Program-made: the position numbers and the translations under genes
Notes under the pieces: model-generated
Seen by the model: only the letters and a program-made list of their open reading frames with translations
Databases searched by the model: none
What the model was told of the DNA's origin: nothing
In this document: positions 35,581 to 39,061 of the stretch, in pieces
Layout of the letters: every line of letters begins with the position of its first letter
How positions within the stretch are numbered: position 1 is the stretch's first letter
Virus record (IMG/VR): IMGVR_UViG_3300020576_001727
Location: 1-39,061 of that record
Source: a virus
Taxonomy: Duplodnaviria; Heunggongvirae; Uroviricota; Caudoviricetes
Direction: 5' to 3' (one strand)
DNA length: 39,061 nucleotides

Positions 35581-35880
35581 TGAAACTGATTGAAGCTGTA
35601 TGAAAGTTGGGTAGGACGCGATGGGCAGAACATCGCCGCCTCCACCAAAAATTCCGGTCGACTCCACTATCATATATGTGGATCGAAATTTTTGATGGGG
35701 GCGAAATAGGTTCGACTATTCAGGCGGAATATTAGTTAGGTTTCCGGCATGATACCGCCGTTAGGGTCAAAACATAAAAGACAACGAAAGTGTCTTCTCG
35801 AAGCCTCAACTAGCCTTGGCTGCTTAAGGATATTCGGAGTTTTTGTGATTTTTTCTTGGCAACAGAATAAAAATCACACA
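35581..35880 (+). ncRNA. ssrA: Circularly permuted two-piece tmRNA (alphaproteobacterial type); tag (A)DNESVFSKPQLALAA*
   Basis: Acceptor piece ends GGAC-GCGATG-GGCAGAA-CATCGC-CGCCTCC-ACCA (35647); spacer 35648-96; coding piece starts GGGGGCGAAATAGGTTCGAC (35697); G3:U70 pair; tag ORF 35780-35827. Confidence 0.93.
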
Positions 35881-35898
35881 TTCTTTTGTCGAATTCAA

Positions 35899-36033
35899 TT
35901 CCGGAGACATGCCGAAAGGTGTTTCTTGGCAGTCTAGACCTTTTGTGAGTTGCAATAACGTTGGAATGGATTGTGCTAGGGTAAAGGGTTGCTCCTGATT
36001 CCCTTATCGATTGGATTCTGCCAAATAATGGAA
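35899..36033 (+). ncRNA. Unassigned multi-stem structured RNA candidate
   Basis: GAAA-tetraloop hairpin, TTGGCAG/CTGCCAA closing helix, two internal hairpins; no plausible ORF. Confidence 0.45.
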
Positions 36034-36043
36034 AGGTGATTAA

Positions 36044-36232
36044 ATGATTGATTTTTTTGAAAAGCTTGAACAGTCTCTTCGGTTCATTCCGGAACATCCA
36101 ATAGACTACTATCTCCCAAGTCACATTTATTTTTTGTCCTTTTTCGCCCTACTTTGGGGTGGATTTGTTGTCTATAATTATTGTGATTTGAGCTTCCTTT
36201 GGAAGAGAGCGGAGAAGGTTGAAGCCGAATGA
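36044..36232 (+). CDS. Small membrane protein
   Basis: AAGGTG RBS; one TM. Confidence 0.55.
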   Translation: MIDFFEKLEQSLRFIPEHPIDYYLPSHIYFLSFFALLWGGFVVYNYCDLSFLWKRAEKVEAE

Positions 36233-36693
36233 CTTGGGATGATCGATATCGACAACTTATCGAAGGTGAGATTATCGAAACTGGTGATGAATGCCTAACC
36301 GACAGTCATCTTGGTTGGCAAATCGCCACCAATGCAATTGGCTTGCCAGCACCAAATCCCCATTACACTGCGCATCGTCTCTATAGACGCGCAATCAAAT
36401 ATTGGGATTTGCGCCGCGCCAAGTTGCGATATCAAGCAACTATTAATTACGGAACTGCTCCTGAATCTGCCAAAACCAATGTCTTTCGTGCTATCCGTTG
36501 GTCCAAGGATCGACTAATGCGCAAGGAAGGGTCCGGTCACTTCTTCCACATTTCCCGCGACTATAAACAGCCAAACCTCTTTGTTTGCTCGTTTGCCAAG
36601 CCGGAATGGAATGCGGACCATTGCAGCTTCCCTTACGAGACAGGCGCGAAAGCCGCAATCATGGCTGTTCTGGAATATGAGATAGGTTTGTAA
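36229..36693 (+). CDS. Hypothetical protein
   Basis: YR.L.EGEII..GDE N-terminal motif. Confidence 0.65.
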   Translation: MTWDDRYRQLIEGEIIETGDECLTDSHLGWQIATNAIGLPAPNPHYTAHRLYRRAIKYWDLRRAKLRYQATINYGTAPESAKTNVFRAIRWSKDRLMRKEGSGHFFHISRDYKQPNLFVCSFAKPEWNADHCSFPYETGAKAAIMAVLEYEIGL

Positions 36694-36700
36694 TTTTTTC

Positions 36701-36751
36701 TTGACAAACGACTCTCCATGCCTTATTATATAAACATAATCGCAATGGAGA
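36701..36751 (+). promoter_or_regulatory. Sigma70 promoter with an anti-SD arm in its spacer
   Basis: TTGACA-17-TATTAT; CTCTCCAT (36712-19) pairs with ATGGAGAG around the RBS. Confidence 0.7.
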
Positions 36752-36759
36752 GAAGTGAC

Positions 36760-36921
36760 GTGAAGATTTGGTCCAAACGATTCAGTGTCGCAAAAGGCAA
36801 TCATTGGGTTGCCGAACGAGATTGCACAGAATCAAATGCAAAAGAATGGCTTGCGATTTTTCAAGCCGATGAACCAAATGTGCTGTTTTTGGCTTCCAAT
36901 AGAAAGCCAAGCTTGCGCTAA
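36760..36921 (+). CDS. Small hypothetical early protein
   Basis: GGAG RBS, GTG start. Confidence 0.6.
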   Translation: MKIWSKRFSVAKGNHWVAERDCTESNAKEWLAIFQADEPNVLFLASNRKPSLR

Positions 36922-36958
36922 CTGACCAATTTTTGTATACACATTTCGGACAGTCCTT

Positions 36959-36990
36959 TAGGTCGTCAATTCGGGCGACCTATTTTTATT
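36959..36990 (+). terminator. Intrinsic terminator
   Basis: TAGGTCGTC...GGCGACCTA followed by TTTTT. Confidence 0.75.
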
Positions 36991-37000
36991 GAGTATTTTT

Positions 37001-37162
37001 ATGAAGATATCTTACTCGATTAACCAAGCCTTGCGTGCAGCATTCGAATATGAACTGTTGAATGTTCTGCAAATGCAAGGGCAGAGAAATGATCAAATCA
37101 TTGATTATTTTCAGAAAAGAATAAAAGAATTGGAAGAACATGCCGCCAATCAGCAAAGATGA
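37001..37162 (+). CDS. Small hypothetical protein (53 aa)
   Basis: MKISYSINQALR...; fills the gap before gene 33; not in the ORF track. Confidence 0.55.
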   Translation: MKISYSINQALRAAFEYELLNVLQMQGQRNDQIIDYFQKRIKELEEHAANQQR

Positions 37163-37382
37163 ATTGCTTCGATTCCAGATGGCCATCGAAAAGCTTATAA
37201 TCGAGCGGACATTGACTGTCATGGAAGCGATCTTGGAATTTTGTGAAGAAAATGATTTGGAAGTCGAAAAAATCCCAAGGCTTCTTTCTCCTGTTCTCAA
37301 AGAACGGTTGATGGAAGAAGCAGAGGAAAAGCGGCTTGTCAAAAAAGAAAAAAATAGAAACAAAGGATTGCCTTTTGTATAA
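37140..37382 (+). CDS. 33: Late-promoter transcription coactivator gp33
   Basis: F...IE......MEAI..FCEEN.LE.E....L.S..LKE.L..EA; position before 59-32. Confidence 0.88.
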   Translation: MPPISKDELLRFQMAIEKLIIERTLTVMEAILEFCEENDLEVEKIPRLLSPVLKERLMEEAEEKRLVKKEKNRNKGLPFV

Positions 37383-38035
37383 TGAATGGATTTCAGGTCT
37401 TTTCTCTAACAATTGCCATTCGGAATCATTTTTCTCTTGATTCTTACGATTTTTTTCGTTACAATGGTAAGGTAAATGTAAGTCGAGACAAATTCGAACA
37501 GCGAAAAGATCGATTTCATTTCAATAAATTGTCTCATATATACAGAGAAGGCGAAATTCTCGATTTGTTGGTAGCCAACTTTCGGGAAAACCCCAAAATA
37601 TGGGCGCTGGAACTGCTGGAAAAACCAGCCAAAGACCGTCTTCTTAAGATGGTCGGTTTGAGACAAAGAATTGCCTATGCATTTGGAAATGAACTCCAAA
37701 TCCTGTTTGGCAAATCGTCCAACCCCTTCAAGATAAGGGGCGGACAAAATCCAGATATTCTGACTTGCTTCTATCGAGAAGAAATCTCGTATGAAACTTT
37801 CATTATCTTGGATGATCTAATTGGCTTTAGCGGCAAGTTTGAATCGCTAGATGACCAGATATTATGGCGTAAAAAGACGCAACTAATCAACAAATATAAG
37901 CCATTTTTCACCTATGATAAGGAAAGAATGAAAACGATATTTGTAGATTTCGTGAAAGAAAATGTTGTTATGGGAAATTCAACCGAATCAACAAACACGA
38001 AAGATACAACCGATGAACTTCAAAGATGCAGCTAA
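37382..38035 (+). CDS. 59: Helicase loader gp59
   Basis: AI.NHF...YDFF.YNGK......F..RKDR..F.KL; ISYET..ILD; KY.PF. Confidence 0.9.
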   Translation: MNGFQVFSLTIAIRNHFSLDSYDFFRYNGKVNVSRDKFEQRKDRFHFNKLSHIYREGEILDLLVANFRENPKIWALELLEKPAKDRLLKMVGLRQRIAYAFGNELQILFGKSSNPFKIRGGQNPDILTCFYREEISYETFIILDDLIGFSGKFESLDDQILWRKKTQLINKYKPFFTYDKERMKTIFVDFVKENVVMGNSTESTNTKDTTDELQRCS

Positions 38036-38885
38036 TTTCGACCGAATCACAAAAGAAATCGAAAAACTACAGGCAAACAAACAAAACGGAAATGATGATA
38101 GACTATGGCAACCGGGTGTGGACAAAGCCGGAAACGGTTTGGCAGTCATCCGCTTTTTGCCGACTCCACCGATGGATATCAAGACTGGCGCACCTTGGGT
38201 TAAAGTTTTCTCCCACGGCTTCAAGGGTCCAACCGGAAAGTGGTATATTGAAAACAGCCTGACAACTCTAGGACAGACAGACCCGGTTTCCGAAGCAAAC
38301 TCACTTGCTTGGAATGCGGGTGATCAGGCAACCGCTCGCAGACGCGCTCGCCGCACCAACTATATCGCCAACGTTTACGTTGTTGATGATCCTGCCAATC
38401 CAGAAAATAATGGAAAGGTTTTCTTGTTCCGTTTCGGAACCAAGATTTTCGAAAAAATTCAGGAAGCTATGAAACCTGCTTTTGCAGACGAAAAGCCTCT
38501 GAATCCATTCGACTTGCTCAATGGTGCGAACTTCAAGTTGAAAATCGTCAACAAGGATGGATATCGCAATTACGATAAGTCCGTATTTGCCAAGTCCGCT
38601 CCATTGTTTGATGATGAAGACAAGTTGAATGAAATTTGGCAGAAGGAATATTCCTTGCTCGAATTCATCGATCCTGCCAACTTCAAGTCTTATGCAGATT
38701 TGAAGAAGCGTTTTGATGAAGTCGAATCTGTCGGATCGATTCTTGATCAGGAACCTGTTTCCAGAAAGAATGCGAGCAAGACTCTTGCCGATGAAATCGA
38801 TGACGAAATTCCTTTCGAAACCGGCAAGTCGGCAAATGACGAAGATAAGACACTTGATTACTTCCGTAATCTTGCGGATGAATAG
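38013..38885 (+). CDS. 32: Single-stranded DNA-binding protein gp32
   Basis: D.RLW.P.VDKAGNG.AVIRFLP, WYIENSLTTLG, FG.KIF.KI, GANFKLK, RNYDKS; acidic tail. Confidence 0.95.
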   Translation: MNFKDAANFDRITKEIEKLQANKQNGNDDRLWQPGVDKAGNGLAVIRFLPTPPMDIKTGAPWVKVFSHGFKGPTGKWYIENSLTTLGQTDPVSEANSLAWNAGDQATARRRARRTNYIANVYVVDDPANPENNGKVFLFRFGTKIFEKIQEAMKPAFADEKPLNPFDLLNGANFKLKIVNKDGYRNYDKSVFAKSAPLFDDEDKLNEIWQKEYSLLEFIDPANFKSYADLKKRFDEVESVGSILDQEPVSRKNASKTLADEIDDEIPFETGKSANDEDKTLDYFRNLADE

Positions 38886-38898
38886 AACACTCGATAAA

Positions 38899-38934
38899 CA
38901 TAAATACTCCCGTAGTGAAAATTACGGGAGTATT
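38899..38934 (+). promoter_or_regulatory. Late promoter CATAAATA overlapping an RBS-sequestering hairpin
   Basis: AATACTCCCGTAGT-GAAA-ATTACGGGAGTATT (38903-34), GGGAG in the 3' arm. Confidence 0.88.
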
Positions 38935-38936
38935 AC

Positions 38937-39061
38937 ATGCAGGAAAAATATGGTTTTGTTTATATCTGGTATGATAGAAAACGAAAGATGTTCTATATAG
39001 GTTCTCATTGGGGAACTGAAGATGATGGATATGTCTGTTCATCCAATAGAATGAGAGACGC
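38937..39061 (+). CDS. GIY-YIG (Seg-like) homing endonuclease, truncated by the window end
   Basis: MQEKYGFVYIWYDRKRKMFYIGSHWGTEDDGYVCSS. Confidence 0.85.
   Translation, partial: MQEKYGFVYIWYDRKRKMFYIGSHWGTEDDGYVCSSNRMRD

Noticed and set aside
35697-35720. GGTTCGA suggesting a tRNA T-loop
   Set aside because: It is the D-loop-equivalent region of the tmRNA coding piece; no cloverleaf or anticodon arm. No tRNA genes were seen in the window
35749-36124. ORFs 35749-35937 (+) and 35810-36124 (-)
   Set aside because: They overlap the tmRNA and structured RNA and lack protein-like features

Overview
A 39 kb segment of a T4-like myophage genome, almost entirely coded on the + strand. The host is very probably an alphaproteobacterium, because the window carries a circularly permuted two-piece tmRNA. 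In order, the window holds: a nucleotidyltransferase; a late cluster with a repeat-built 730-aa putative head polyprotein ending in an A11 run that reads into a -1 frame domain; GH19 endolysin and holin; gp61 primase, ThyX, MazG-like protein and class II ribonucleotide reductase (NrdJ); a long accessory region (second TOPRIM protein, methyltransferase, TAXI solute-binding protein, glutaredoxin, BRCT fusion); RNase H; spanins; a split polynucleotide kinase/phosphatase with RNA ligase; PnuC-NadR; PhoH; an HtrA-like protease; a divergent RelA/SpoT-type synthetase; the tmRNA followed by an unexplained structured RNA; and gp33, gp59, gp32. Four putative homing endonucleases are interspersed. Highlights are (i) the RelA/SpoT + small protein + tmRNA + unknown RNA locus, (ii) repeated promoters embedded in the 5' arm of hairpins that hide the RBS or start codon, (iii) the frameshift-extended polyprotein, and (iv) several apparently leaderless transcripts. 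All calls come from reading motifs by eye; no database searches were run.
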